Positions 37,740-50,380 of a stretch of DNA of 64,000 nucleotides are shown piece by piece. Numbering within the stretch: position 1 is the first letter of the stretch; each line of letters opens with the position of its first letter. The stretch covers positions 310,001 through 374,000 of the forward strand of contig NIVC01000393.1 in the NCBI GenBank assembly GCA_002269645.1, given 5' to 3'. Under the pieces are notes generated by a model, which ran no database searches, was not told the DNA's origin, and saw nothing but the letters and a program-made list of their open reading frames with translations. The position numbers and the translations under genes were made by a program. This DNA comes from Macrostomum lignano. Lineage: Eukaryota.

Positions 37740-38990
37740 CTCCATGTGGATAGAAGGCCATTCTGTATGTGGATAGAGGGCCACTCTGAATGTGACAAAT
37801 TCTTGATGTGGGTTCATGTGGATACCTCGTACTGCAGTTACGAGGTAAAGCCTAATTATCATGTGAAAGCCTGCGGCAACCCCACACCATTCTGTATGTG
37901 GATAGAAGGCCATTCTGCATGTGGATAGAAGGCCATTCTGCATGTGGATAGAAGGCCATTCTGCATGTGGATAGAAGGCCATTTTGTATGTGGATAGAAG
38001 GCCATTCTGCATGTGGATAGAAGGCCATTTTGTATGTGGATAGAGGGCCATTCTGTATGTAAATAGAGGGCCATTCTCCATGTGGATAGAGGGCCATTCT
38101 GTATGTGGATAGAGGGCCATTCTGCATGTGGATAGAGGGCCATTCTGCATGTGGATAGAGGGCCATTCTGCAAGTGGATAGAGGGTTATTCTGCATGTGG
38201 ATAGAAGGCCATTATCCATGTGGATAGAAGGCCATTTTGTATGTGGATAGAGGGCCATTCTGTATGTGGATAGAGGGCCATTCCGCATGTGGATAGAGGG
38301 CCATTCTGCAAGTGGATAGAGGGTTATTCTGTATGTGGATAGAGGGCCATTCTCCATGTGGATAGAGGGCCATTCTGCAAGTGGATAGAGGGCCATTCTG
38401 CATGTGGATAGAGGGCCATTCTGCATGTGGATAGAGGGCCATTCTGCATGTGGATAGAGGGCCATTCTGCATGTGGATAGAGGGCCATTCCGCATGTGGA
38501 TAGAAGGCCATTCTGTATGTAAATAGAGGGCCATTCTCCATGTGGATAGAAGGCCATTCTGCATGTGGATAGAGGGCCATTCTGCATGTGGATAGAGGGC
38601 CATTCTGAATGTGGATAGAGGGCCATTCTGCAAGTGGATAGAGGGTTATTCTGCATGTGGATAGAAGGCCATTATCCATGTGGATAGAGGGCCATTCTGC
38701 ATGTGGATAGAAGGCCATTATCCATGTGGATAGAGGGCCATTCTGCATGTGGATAGAGGGCCATTCTGCATGTGGATAGAGGGCCATTCTGCATGTGGAT
38801 AGAGGGCCATTCCGCATGTGGATAGAAGGCCATTCTGTATGTAAATAGAGGGCCATTCTCCATGTGGATAGAGGGCCATTATCCATGTGGATAGAAGGCC
38901 ATTCTGTATGTAAATAGAGGGCCATTATCCATGTGGATAGAGGGCCATTATCCATGTGGATAGAGGGCCATTATCCATGTGGATAGAGGG
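37740..38990. repeat. Second block of the 23-bp minisatellite (TGGATAGAGGGCCATTCTGCATG variant)
   Basis: Direct periodicity. Confidence 0.95.
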
Positions 38991-39286
38991 CGATAAATCA
39001 CCGCAGTTAATACTGCTTCAGCAACAAGACTTTAACAAAAGCAATCGAGGTCATATTCTGAGAAACAAATTTAAAAAACAAACAGAATGATGAAGCAGCA
39101 TAACCATCTGGCAGCTTAGATATTCTTCATAAATCACTGAATATTTTGTATTTGAAACTTAAACATAACTATACAGACGCTCTTTGGCTGGGCAGTCGGA
39201 ATTGAGCAGCGAATGTAACTGAATGAATAATTATCGATAAAATTTCCATTCTACAGCAGCTTCCATTACACTCATCTAGAGATTGA

Positions 39287-39665
39287 ATGGCGACTCTCAT
39301 AGAGATTGTAGGGCGATTCTCATAGAGATTGTAGGGCGACTCTCATAGAGATTGTAGGGCGACTCTCATAGAGATTGTAGGGCGACTCTCATAGAGATTG
39401 TAGGGCGATTCTCATAGAGATTGTAGGGCGACTCTCATAGAGATTGTAGGGCGACTCTCATAGAGATTGTAGGGCGATTCTCATAGGGATTGTAGGCCGA
39501 TTCTCATAGAGATTGTAGGGCGATTCTCATAGGGATTGTTGGGCGATTCTCATAGAGATTTCAGGGTGATTCTCATAGAGATTGTTGGGCGACTCTCATA
39601 GAGATTTCAGGGTGATTCTCATAGAGATTTTAGGGCGATTCTCATAGAGATTGCAGGGCGATTTT
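39287..39665. repeat. 23-bp minisatellite GGGCGACTCTCATAGAGATTGTA, about 16 copies, just 3' of the ADAR stop
   Basis: Direct reading. Confidence 0.93.
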
Positions 39666-39766
39666 CTCGATTCAGCAAGACTTGAGTGAAAGAAGTCATC
39701 AAACCGAATCATACTTCAAGTAAACCAGCAATAAGTGAGGCTAAAAACCGGGTAAAAGCAGATCAA

Positions 39767-40651
39767 TCACAAAGTGAACTCCTGCAGCTCCCACGGCTTG
39801 GCCGCCCACAGGCCTTTGCCATTCTGCCGCAGGAAGCCAATCATGGCCGACTTCGCCGATCGGTATTCTGTGCAAGCCTCCTTGGCCTCGCGGTAGGTGA
39901 TGCCGGATGACCCGGTCTTTGGCACCGGGGGCAGCCTCAGCTGCTGCTGGGGCCTCCTGCTCTGAGCCTGGTGCTGCCGCCTCAGCAGGTGCACCAGCCT
40001 GGCATAGTTGGCAAACAGGGCTCGCTTAGACAGTCGCGACGCATTGTCCGAGGCATCAGTGACAGTTTCGGGCACCAGCCGGCCAGTGGACGAGTTCACC
40101 AACTCGGGCTGGACACCGTCCAGGCAGTACCAGTTCAGCGAGCAGTCTGGCGCGGCCCGGGCCTGCCGGGGGTCCCGCTCGGTGACGCCCAGCAGAGCCG
40201 GCTCGGCCACGGGCAGGCCCGGGGCCGGCCGCTGCAGCCGGCCAATCAGAGCGCGCCGGCAGTGCGACCGGTTGAACGACGAGCCAATCACAATCGAGCG
40301 AAGGTACACCGGCTCAACTAGGCGGCTAAGCAGGCAGCCTTGAAGTCGAGAAGGCACCAGGAGGCCACCTTGTCCGAGCAGGACATTGTGAGCAGCCGTT
40401 CGCCGCCGAGGATGCCGTCCCAGGTCTGCGCGACCAGGGTGGCGGGCACCGGGATGGTGCCTTCGCCGCACTCGATCTTGGTGCGCAACAGGCCGCGCGA
40501 CGCTCTGGTCGGGTGCTCGTCCTCGTTGGCCGCTTCGGTGGCGTCGCCAGAAGCGTCGGCCGCGGCGCCGGGGTCCGTGGGCGCGAAGACTCGGGCGTCG
40601 CCGCAGGGCGAAGTGCTGATGTACAGGTGCAGGGACACCTCGGGTCGTAGG
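39767..40651 (-). CDS. ADARB1: ADAR2-like deaminase, last exon (C-terminal part of the catalytic domain), with a 1-nt deletion at about 40347
   Basis: [60 protein letters not shown], then in a shifted frame [22 protein letters not shown]...SRLSKRALF...[11 protein letters not shown]. Acceptor AG at 40653-40652. Confidence 0.92.
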   Translation of the reverse strand, partial: PTTRGVPAPVHQHFALRRRPSLRAHGPRRRGRRFWRRHRSGQRGRAPDQSVARPVAHQDRVRRRHHPGARHPGRADLGRHPRRRTAAHNVLLGQGGLLVPSRLQGCLLSRLVEPVYLRSIVIGSSFNRSHCRRALIGRLQRPAPGLPVAEPALLGVTERDPRQARAAPDCSLNWYCLDGVQPELVNSSTGRLVPETVTDASDNASRLSKRALFANYARLVHLLRRQHQAQSRRPQQQLRLPPVPKTGSSGITYREAKEACTEYRSAKSAMIGFLRQNGKGLWAAKPWELQEFTL

Positions 40652-40717
40652 CTTTAGAGGCGACAAATGGGGAGATTATAAGCATTTTTGAAACTTTATT
40701 GTAAGAGTTTGGTTGCC

Positions 40718-41146
40718 CCGTGTATTGAATAGGGTTGCCAGTGTGTATTGAATAGGGTTGCTAGTGTGTATTGAATAGGGTTGCCAGTGTATTGAATAGG
40801 GTTGCCACTGTATTGAATAGGGTTGCCAGTGTGTATTGAATAGGGTTGCCAGTGTGTATTGAATAGGGTTGCCAGTGTGTATTGAATAGGGTTGTCACTG
40901 TATTGAATAGGGTTGTCAGTGTGTATTGAATAGGGTTGCCACTGTATTGAATAGGGTTGTCACTGTATTGAATAGGGTTGCCAGTGTGTATTGAATAGGG
41001 TTGCCAGTGTGTATTGAAAAGGGTTGCCAGTGTGTATTGAATAGGGTTGCCAGTGTGTATTGAATAGGGTTGCCAGTGTGTATTGAAAAGGGTTGCCAGT
41101 GTGTATTGAATAGGGTTGCCAGTGTGTATTGAATAGGGCTGCCACC
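40718..41146. repeat. 21/23-bp minisatellite GTGTGTATTGAATAGGGTTGCCA (ADAR intron 3)
   Basis: Direct reading. Confidence 0.94.
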
Positions 41147-41449
41147 ATTCATCAGTGTCAGGTGTTAGGTGTCAGGTAGTTTGCTCATACCTGACAGTTC
41201 ACAGTGGATTCCTACAGCCAGGTAAACAGCTACCTTGCAATCATTCAGACGCATGTTACACAACCGACATTTGATCTGTCACCCGAGAACTGAGCAAGCA
41301 GCAAAATGTTTTAAACTATGAATTTGATGGAAAAGCTGTCTCTGCATTATAATGTACCTGTGCCTGAGCAGAGTTCTGCTAAGTTGTATATATTTCTACA
41401 CTGCATTGTTATAGTCGCGTGCAGGGTTGTTCTCTTGTCAAGCATTCTG

Positions 41450-42445
41450 GCATGTCTGAGTAATCTGTGAGTCTAATGAGAGTAAAATCGGGTAACATCT
41501 GAGTCTCATGACAGTCAAAGCGAGTAATCTCTGAGTCTTATGAAAGTCAAATTGGGTAATCTCTGAGTCTCATCGGAGTCAAATTGGGTAATCTCTGAGT
41601 CTCATGAGAGTCAAGGCGGATAGCCTTTGAGTCTCATTGGAGTCAAATTGGATAATCTCTGAGTCGCATGAGGGTCAAATGAGGTAACCTCTGAGTCTCA
41701 TTGGAGTCAAAGCGGGTAACCTCAAGAGTCTCATGAGATTCAAAGCGGGTAACTTCAAGAGTCTCATGAGAGTCAAAGCGGGTAACCTCAAGAGTCTCAT
41801 GAGATTCAAAGCGGGTAACCTCAAGAGTCTCATGAGAGTCAAAGCGGGTAACCTCAAGAGTCTCATGAGATTCAAAGCGGGTAACCACTGAGTCTAATGA
41901 AAGTCAAAGCGGGTAACGTCAAGAGTCTCATGAGAGTCAAAGCGGGTAACCTCAAGAGTCTCATGAGATTCAAAGCGGGTAACCTCAAGAGTCTCATGAG
42001 AGTCAAAGCGGGTAACCTCAAGAGTCTCATGAGAGTCAAAGCGGGTAACCTCAAGAGTCTCATGAGATTCAAAGCGGGTAACCTCAAGAGTCTCATGAGA
42101 GTCAAAGCGGGTAACTTTAAGAGTCTCATGAGAGTCAAAGCGGGTAACCTCAAGAGTCTCATGAGATTCAAAGCGGGTAACCTCAAGTCTCATGAGAGTC
42201 AAAGCGGGTAACCTCAAGAGTCTCATGAGATTCAAAGCGGGTAACCACTGAGTCTAATGAAAGTCAAAGCGGGTAACGTCAAGAGTCTCATGAGAGTCAA
42301 AGCGGGTAACCTCAAGAGTCTCATGAGATTCAAAGCGGGTAACCTCAAGAGTCTCATGAGAGTCAAAGCGGGTAACCTCAAGAGTCTCATGAGAGTCAAA
42401 GCGGGTAACCTCTGAGTTTCATGAGAGTCAAGGCGGGTAACTTCT
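41450..42445. repeat. 33-bp minisatellite GAGTCTCATGAGAGTCAAAGCGGGTAACCTCAA with a palindromic core (ADAR intron 3)
   Basis: Direct periodicity; 11-aa repeats in the ORF track; degenerate units at the left end. Confidence 0.94.
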
Positions 42446-42495
42446 CAGTATGGAAGCGGCAACCCCCCAGTTTCTAAGAAACTGCTCTCGCTCAC

Positions 42496-42895
42496 CAAAA
42501 CTTGGAACCGTTGGTCGCCAGTTGAAAAATTGATTCGGAGTTGCTCTTGATGGCGGTGGCCAGCTGGTGATGAAAAAATTGCAGCAGGCATCTCCGGCTG
42601 AGAACCTCGGCGTGACAGTCGAGGAGGCAGGAACCGCTGGCGTCCAGGTGCTGGCCGGAGAGGCACTTGGTCCCGGTGGTCACGCACACGACGGTCAGGT
42701 CTGCGCTGGGGTCCAGGTCGGGTCCGCGGCTCATGACGATGCCGGCCAAGACTTTGCGGCGGGCCAGGCGCTCCGACAGGCCGGAGGCGAGCTGCTCGAA
42801 CTGGTCTCGAACCAGGCGCTGCACCGAGTCGGCGAACGACTGCTCGGTCGGGGTGGCGGCCGGCGCTTGGCAGGGCGAGGCCGAGTCGCCGCTGC
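42496..42895 (-). CDS. ADARB1: ADAR2-like deaminase, exon 3 (N-terminal part of the catalytic domain, CHAE motif)
   Basis: TPTEQSFADSVQRLV...RKVLAGIVM...VTTGTKCLSG...LLDCHAEVLSRRCL. Acceptor AG at 42897-42896 (phase 1); donor GTGAGC at 42495 (phase 2). Confidence 0.94.
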
Positions 42896-42974
42896 CTGCG
42901 AATATTGGCGACGGCGAGAATGAGGATTGAGGCGATTGACTGACCGAGTTGTACGAGGGGGAGTGCGGGTTTTA

Positions 42975-43640
42975 AAGGCAGAGGGCGGATTTTGATGGAG
43001 AGAGCGAATTTTGGAGAGGGCGGATTTGAAAGATGGGACGGCGGATTTTGATGGGGATGGCGGATTTGAAAGATGGGACGGCGGATTTTGATGGGGATGG
43101 CGGATTTGAAAGATGGGACGGCGGATTTTGATGGAGAGGGCGGATTTTGATGGAGAGGGCGGATTTTGAAAGATGAGACGGTGGATTTTGATGGCGAGAG
43201 CAGATCTTGATGGTGAAGGCGGATTTTGATGGGGATGGCGGATTTGAAAGATGGGACGGCAGATTTTGATGGGGAGGGCGGATTTTGATGGTGAGGGCGG
43301 ATTTTGATGGAGAGGGCGGATTTTGATGGAGAGGGCGGATTTTGATGGAGAGGGCGGATTTTGAAAGATGGGGCGGCAGATTTTGATGGGGAGGGCGGAT
43401 TTTGATGGTGAGGGTGGATTTTGATGGAGAGGGCGGATCTTGATGGTGAGGGTGGATTTTGATGGAGAGGGCGGATTTTGAAAGATGAGACGGTGGATTT
43501 TGATGGCGAGAGCAGATCTTGATGGTGAAGGCGGATTTTGATGGGGATGGCGGATTTGAAAGATGGGGCGGCAGATTTTGATGGGGAGGGCGGATTTTGA
43601 TGGTGAGGGTGGATTTTGACGGGGAGGGCGGATTTTAATG
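42975..43640. repeat. About 19-bp minisatellite GGCGGATTTTGATGGAGAG with an internal higher-order duplication
   Basis: Direct reading. Confidence 0.92.
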
Positions 43641-43659
43641 GTGAGAGGGGGGACTGTAA

Positions 43660-46480
43660 GAAAAACGCCACCCTTTGCCCCAGTGAGCAGTTATCTTTCG
43701 ACCAGCGTCTATCACTTAGCCAGCCATTTTGATATTGAAAAATGCTTAAAAAAAACTATGAAAACCGGGCGGAAGCTTCAATCCATCCAATCTTCGCCCT
43801 CCGCTCTTCCCAATCCCTCCTCACCCAGCCCAACTCTGCATCGCGTGGCGCAAGTTGCGTCACTCAAAAGTCAACACTGAGCTAGAATTTACTGAGCACT
43901 CTCAAAGATGGCGACTTTTTAATGTTGTTGAGTATACATATTTATCATCAACTTGATGATATGAACATGATATTTATCATTTAGTTCAACTATTGATTCG
44001 ATAACTAGAATGCATAATGGACTTACTAGGAAAATTCATCAAAGACACAAGCCTTGTCGAAAATAAATTTAACTAAAATATTTTTACCACCAGCATTTTG
44101 TTATTATTCTTTCATTAGTTGTAATAATTAGTTCAATCAAATACGAGTGTAATATCATAAAATATGAAATTCATCACCCTTGCTGTGCGCCTGTAATAAT
44201 AATCAGCAATCTTTAATGTACATTCCTACTTGCTTTCCAGAAGGACGCGTTCTTCTCTTAAAAAGCCCTCGTCTATACAAATTTGTTTGCTATGTAACAA
44301 AATGGCAACACGCTTTACAGAGTAGCTCATTTCTATCTGCGCTCGCTTGATATCTAACTGAATCAGTTCATTTAAATAAATTGATTAAATTTCTGCCCAG
44401 CAATACAGAGAGTCTAACCTTCAGCAGTTCTCCCAAATAAATTTCATATCTTTAGATTTACGCTTGAAATTTCACGGAAAATCAGTCACACTGTTCTTGT
44501 TTCGAGGGACGTTTTGAGGTTAAAAAAGGGCATAGTGATAGCTATTTTTCAGCATCTCGACATTGAATTATACACTGATGTCGCCTATTAAAACAGCCTA
44601 CAATTCTACACACATAGCAATACGATTCCAACAATACTGCGTCATGGTTTGTTTTAAATTTCAGCTTAATTAGCCCATCCTTAACTCTCGCGGCTTTTTT
44701 AAACCCAAAGTGCCTCTGCTTTTTGGGTTTCCAAAAATTGTCTGGAAAACCATATAGGGCCTATGGCACTTTTGCAATTGTCCGAGTAGAGCGTGTAGAG
44801 ATTTGACGAAGTTAAACGTAGTACACAACATTTTCCAACGCCAAAACTGACGTAGCTGAGTTAGGGTTAAGCCATGGCTCTAAGGAAAGGCTTTGATGCC
44901 AAAGCCTAAAGCTGTGCTGATATCTTGAGCTAGATGGCTGGCTTTTAGGGCGGATGCATTTTTGCTTTCAACCTAGCTTTCCTCGAGAAAAGAACAATAG
45001 TGACTGTGCAAGGTGAAAAGCTACAATGTAGTTTCTTTTAAATTAGTATTTTCTTTGTTACCTTCTCAACGGGGGCGCAGGTGGCTAGTCTATTGTATAA
45101 CCAATACCTATTCTATATATACTATATTTTCTCTAGATTTCTATGACTAGACATTAACGCCTGGAATATGGGAGTGGTCCCCTACTCAGACACCTATTTT
45201 TTGCGTTGCACTGTTAATTTTCGAGCTCTGCACATGGTTCATGCCTTGTTTACGAGTAGTCCTAAAGATCAGAGTGCTAATTATGCCATTGAAGAGGAGT
45301 GTCTCCTTTAGTTGCTTTTCTGAACCACTTCTTTGCAGCAATCTTGACGAAACTGGAAAACGACGTCACTGTACAGCAATTGACATTCAATGAGACGCGA
45401 CAATTAGTACCTTTGTATGTTTTAAGGCAACGCTAGAACAGTGTCGGACGCTTAAATTCAGACCGTTCCTGACGCTTAAAAGCCCTCCTGCTAATACGCT
45501 TACATTATTACTGTCTGATGGGAGCTTTTTGCAACTTGTAAATTGTTAGCACTGACAAGTTGCTTGTAAATCACCCAACTACGAGTAATAAATGGATATA
45601 AAATGTATTGCATGCCTCTAAATGACGGCGACAAGAAGTAAAAACCGGAAACATTACGTTAGTTATAATAAGGCCTACATGGATTGCGTGTCCATTTTAA
45701 GTACACATAGTTCGATACATTCATTCTACTCAATCAAGCTAATTAAGGGAGTCCGACAGTGGGAACAAAGTTAATTCTGGATACTCGGATGGCCTTTACA
45801 ATATATAGCCTCATATTTACAACTTGTTTTGCACGAATTTCGCTTGCACTGATGGCTGACGGACTTACAAAGTATTTGACCGTTAACTGAGCTGGCCTTT
45901 TGGGCTGTTTGTTACAGACCCCATGAAGAAGTGCTCATATTGTTTTCCATGCTGTTATTCATGATTAACTGTAAAAATTTGAATCTGGGGATTTTAGCCT
46001 TATGTTAGAGAAGGCGATGAACTAAGCTTTGCGAGCTACAAACACAAACTCACTGATGAAAGACAAAGCTTATGCATTTTATGCACTCATTAAAACACTC
46101 ATTTTGGCGTCGCAGGCGCTATACCTTTAGCGTCCTGAAGCAAAACTGTTTGATTTCCACAACGAGGGTGGGGGACAAAGCATTTTGGCATGCCCCCCAT
46201 CTCTTTTGCCCCCCTCCCAGTGAAAGCCTTTGAGTTGACAGTGCGCAGTAGATTCTAGCTCAGTATTGACTTCTGAGTGACGCAACTTGCGCCACGCGAT
46301 GCAGAGTTGGACTGGGTGAGGAGGGATTGGGAAGAGCGGAGGGCGAATATTGGATGGACTGAAGCTTCCACCCGGTTTTCATTGTTTTTGAAGCATCTTT
46401 TAATATAAAAATGGTTGCCCAGGTGATAGACGCTGGTCAAAAGATAACTGCTCACTGGAACAAAGGGTGGCGAGTTTTCA
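43660..46480. repeat. Pair of about 240-bp inverted repeats (43660-43900 / 46241-46480, about 90% identical) within ADAR intron 2
   Basis: Manual alignment; the core TTCGCCCTCCGCTCTTCCCAATCCCTCCTCACCCAG.CCAACTCTGCATCGCGTGGCGCAAGTTGCGTCACTCA is shared. The two ORF-track peptides containing SSYLxTSVYHL reflect this. Confidence 0.92.
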
Positions 46481-47593
46481 ATGTTGCCGAGTATACTAGT
46501 TTGGCTTATAAGCCTCTGTATAAACTAAGCTCAACAATTTGTATTGGCAAAAGAGATGCTGTAGGACAAAAAGCAAGCTTGGAACTTTTCTCCAGCTAAG
46601 TCGTTAAGTCACCCCAACGGAAGTTTCATCACGTTCGCTTGAATTTTGCATCTATCTACGCTCAAAAGCGGTATCGTTCTGAAGGTTTGCTTTTTTGCAA
46701 AAGAAGATTCCCAGCCCCTTGTGGAAATTGGATGCCTTGTAGGAAACAGAAGAAGCTTTTTTGATAAGCCAAGGGCTTGCAAGCATACTATAGCAAAACT
46801 GAAGCAGCCCAGGGAGAAACTATACTAGGCCTATCCGATACATATAGCCACTATAGCCTAGTTCAGCTGGCACAAATTAAGGAAGCTTAATCTCAGCATA
46901 ACCAACCTGTTCAAGACTGTGCAACGCTACAATTAAAGACTGTATGATTAGTGCTAATATTCGATATTCCGACTCAGTAAAACTGTTAATTAAAGAGTTC
47001 TACGTGTCAATAAGTGTCATACAAGGACGAATTTATGTAATACTGTTGCGATGCTTTGATGCCCTTCTTGAACTTTATTAATAGACACTAAAAAGTCCCT
47101 CTGATCTATATTATTAACTCTAAAACTAAAAGCCAACCTGCACGAAAATGAAGACAGTAACACAACTTAAAACTCAAAAAAAAACATTGGTAAAACAATT
47201 ATATTTCGATGCTCGAACCGGAAAACAAAAAACGAAAAAAATACAAACAAATTCACAAGCAATCAGTTGCTCAATGACGCTTGGTAACCTTTGTTTCGTA
47301 CATGTACTCGTGTGGACGCAAGACTCAAAAGTTTAAGGCTGTCCAATTCTGAGAACATATGCGGAACAAAAGCTTCCACACTTAATTAATAAGCAATTCT
47401 CATCAGCTACAACAGAAAATCGCAAATGAATTTCAGTGTTGCAATTGATGAGAGTTAAAAAATGCGTCACATTTTCAACATGCTACTGACACTGACAGTC
47501 AGTAGCAAAAAAGTAGTACGATAATATCGGAGAGGCTAATTTTTCTAAAAATCTAGAAGCTAGCAAAATAAGGAAAAAATCAGGTCTACCCAC

Positions 47594-47681
47594 CGCAGTA
47601 GGTGCTCATCAGGTGAAATGCTTCGCGTAGAGCCACTTGAGCCGATCTCATTTTTGCCACCTTTTTGTTATTCGCTTCAGC
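47594..47681 (-). CDS. ADARB1: ADAR2-like, exon 2 (end of dsRBD2)
   Basis: AEANNKKVAKMRSAQVALREAF after a 79-bp GT-AG intron (47760-47682); donor GTGGGT at 47593. Confidence 0.85.
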
Positions 47682-47760
47682 CTGAAATGAACAATTTGAA
47701 TCAGATTCTAAAAAAATAGACAAAGTTGAGAAATACATATTCCAGCATAGGCGTAACCAC

Positions 47761-48378
47761 CGTATAAGCGTAGCCATCGACAACGCATTGCATAACGAAT
47801 CTCGGCGTCCTGCCCGGCGCTTCCTTAGTATCCACAAGATGAAAAGTGACCCCGTTCGGCCGCAGCTCGTTAATAATTGACACAGGATTTTTGGTGGCAA
47901 GCTCGGATGCGCTGGGCAGACCTTTCTGCTGCTGCTGGGAGGCTGGCGGAGTGGGAAGAGCGGCCAAGAACGAAAGCTGAGGTCGAGTAGCAGGAGGAGC
48001 AGAAGGAGCATGAGGAGCAGGAAGAGGAGGCGGAGTCCAATGGTCTGTACGCGGCTTCTTGGCTGGAGATGAGCCAGACGTGAACGCATCTGCAGCTGAC
48101 CTCTTGGAGCCGGCGGCAACCCGTGCGGCAGGGGGGGCTGCAGGAGCGGAAGCGGAGTTCAAGAGAGCAGCCACAGCCAGCCTCGCAGCCTCCTGCTTGG
48201 CCTCCTGTTTCGAATGACCATTGGCTCGAAACTCGCGGCCGTCAACTTGGCAGGCCATTTCAAACACGGGACAATGCGGGGGGCCGGACTGGCTAATCAA
48301 GACGTAGGCTACCTGGCCCTGGCGCAGCTCGTTCAGCTGCGTCACGGGCGTCTTCACGGTGAAGCCGCTGTCTGACAT
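47761..48378 (-). CDS. ADARB1: ADAR2-like, coding exon 1 (dsRBD1, linker with KKPR, most of dsRBD2)
   Basis: KTPVTQLNEL...SQSGPPHCPVFEMACQVDGREFRANGHSKQEAKQEAARLAV; KNPVSIINELRP...PRFVMQCVVDG. ATG at 48378 preceded by acceptor AG at 48399-48398. The four exons total 1991 nt, one short of a multiple of 3. Confidence 0.9.
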
Positions 48379-49693
48379 TGCGGTTTCTGAGCTGCAACTG
48401 AGAATGAAGCAGAGCACTTCTCAAATTACTTAGGTTACTGTTAAGCCTCCATGTGCCTATAGTAGAGATGCCTAAATCCCTAAGAGATCCCTAAACAGAG
48501 CACGGGAGGGGGGAAGGTGGGGAAGAAGTTCCATTTCCAATGCCCGTTGAACAGTCGGAGTCTATTGCTGCAGTGAAGTCGAGCCCATCTGGAAGGAGCT
48601 GACAATAGAACCAGCTGCAACAGACTCCGCCATTCAATGCGACAGAAAGTAAGTAAAATAAAATTTACTGCGGCAAACCTGATGTGTAGAACAGACGAAA
48701 CTCAATGAAAATAAAATCACCACCCTCAGGAGAGCGCGTGAGGCGATTCGAGTCGATTAGTTGAGTCTTATTTATACCTGAGGCGGCAGAGACAAAATTG
48801 GGGGGGGGGGGGACCGCCCGTCCAACCGGAGGGCGCAGCAATCAATAACGCCCTAGCAAAAACTGCAGTAGATTGTAGCGAAGCAGTCTCAAACGAGTTT
48901 TGGACCAGCTAAGCTTTCTTCCTTGACGAAAGCTATTGGGCTCGGGGCCCACCTCCAAAATGAGTCTCTTAGTTGATTGCTCAAAAGGGGGAAAACAGAA
49001 AAGCATTTTTTTGCAAAAAAGAAAACGTGACTGGAGATTGAGCGAGCGATTGAAATTCTACTAAAAAGAATTTTTGGAAAAATTGAAACAATAAATTTCA
49101 AAGCAGAAACTATGAAAAGATTAAAGCAATCGCTGTGTTTTGCAGTTGTTTGTTGAGAGTTTTAAGCAGGTATGAACCAAATTTCGGACACAGACTTCAA
49201 TGGGAGCTAAGCTGAAACAAGACTCCGAAAGAATTCCCGGCGGCCCCGAAGCTTCCCCGTTGCATTCTTTGATAAGAGAAACTGGAGAATGCCAGACAAG
49301 AAAAACTTATCCCAGTATTGAACAGCATGCCACTGGAATGCCTATTTTGCTATGATCAAAGCAGTGAATAAAGAATAAAGCCAGGTAAAACAAGTTGAAC
49401 AAGCTGAGTGATATAACTCACTGAATTAACTACCATGCTTGCAAAAAAGCATTCGACAGATGATCATGACCCATAGCTTGCTGTGCTATGCGAAATTTAT
49501 TGTTTTAAAGAATAATAATTTCGCGCTAAATTTGATAATAAATTGATAGATGCGATAATATTATTTGGTTAAAACACAATTTTGCTTACATAAATTAAAC
49601 AAGACTTAACACATAACTTAGAAAACATAGCAGCATAATGTGTAACGGGCTAAATAAAATAGGAAACTTAACAACAGAGGTTTGCATGCAAGC

Positions 49694-49935
<242 letters not shown>

Positions 49936-50380
49936 TAAGCGAGGCCTACAATAAGAATGGCATACATATAACAATATACAACATTTGTTTTATTAGCTGT
50001 TTACATACATGTATAGTAAAAGCGTACCTAATTACACAACAGAAATTATTGTTGACTGCCGCTAATCAATCAATAAGGAGAACACGAGACGCAACAATGC
50101 ATGCAGTCAGTGTAGGTCAGTTAAACAGCAACTATAATTCACCTGGGACATGGAACAGAAGCTGCCCGCAAAGCCGAACAGCTACTGAGACTATTACTTC
50201 GTATTATTATTATTATTAGTATTCATATATTAAAACACTACGAAAAAATGGACAATGGGGCAGTTGTCTGAGACAGAGACAGACACAGAGAAGAAAACTG
50301 AAAAATATAAAATATAAAAAACACACAGCGAGAGCTGCGCCCACAACTTGAATCATGATTGAGTTTCCAGTCCAGCGGCC

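Noticed and set aside
36194-38955. Many ORFs with MAIYPHAEWPSIHMQNG repeats
   Set aside because: The same peptide appears in all three frames because the unit is 23 bp; artefact.
42445-43671. 408-aa minus-strand ORF overlapping ADAR exon 3
   Set aside because: Minisatellite read-through into the wrong frame of the ADAR exon.
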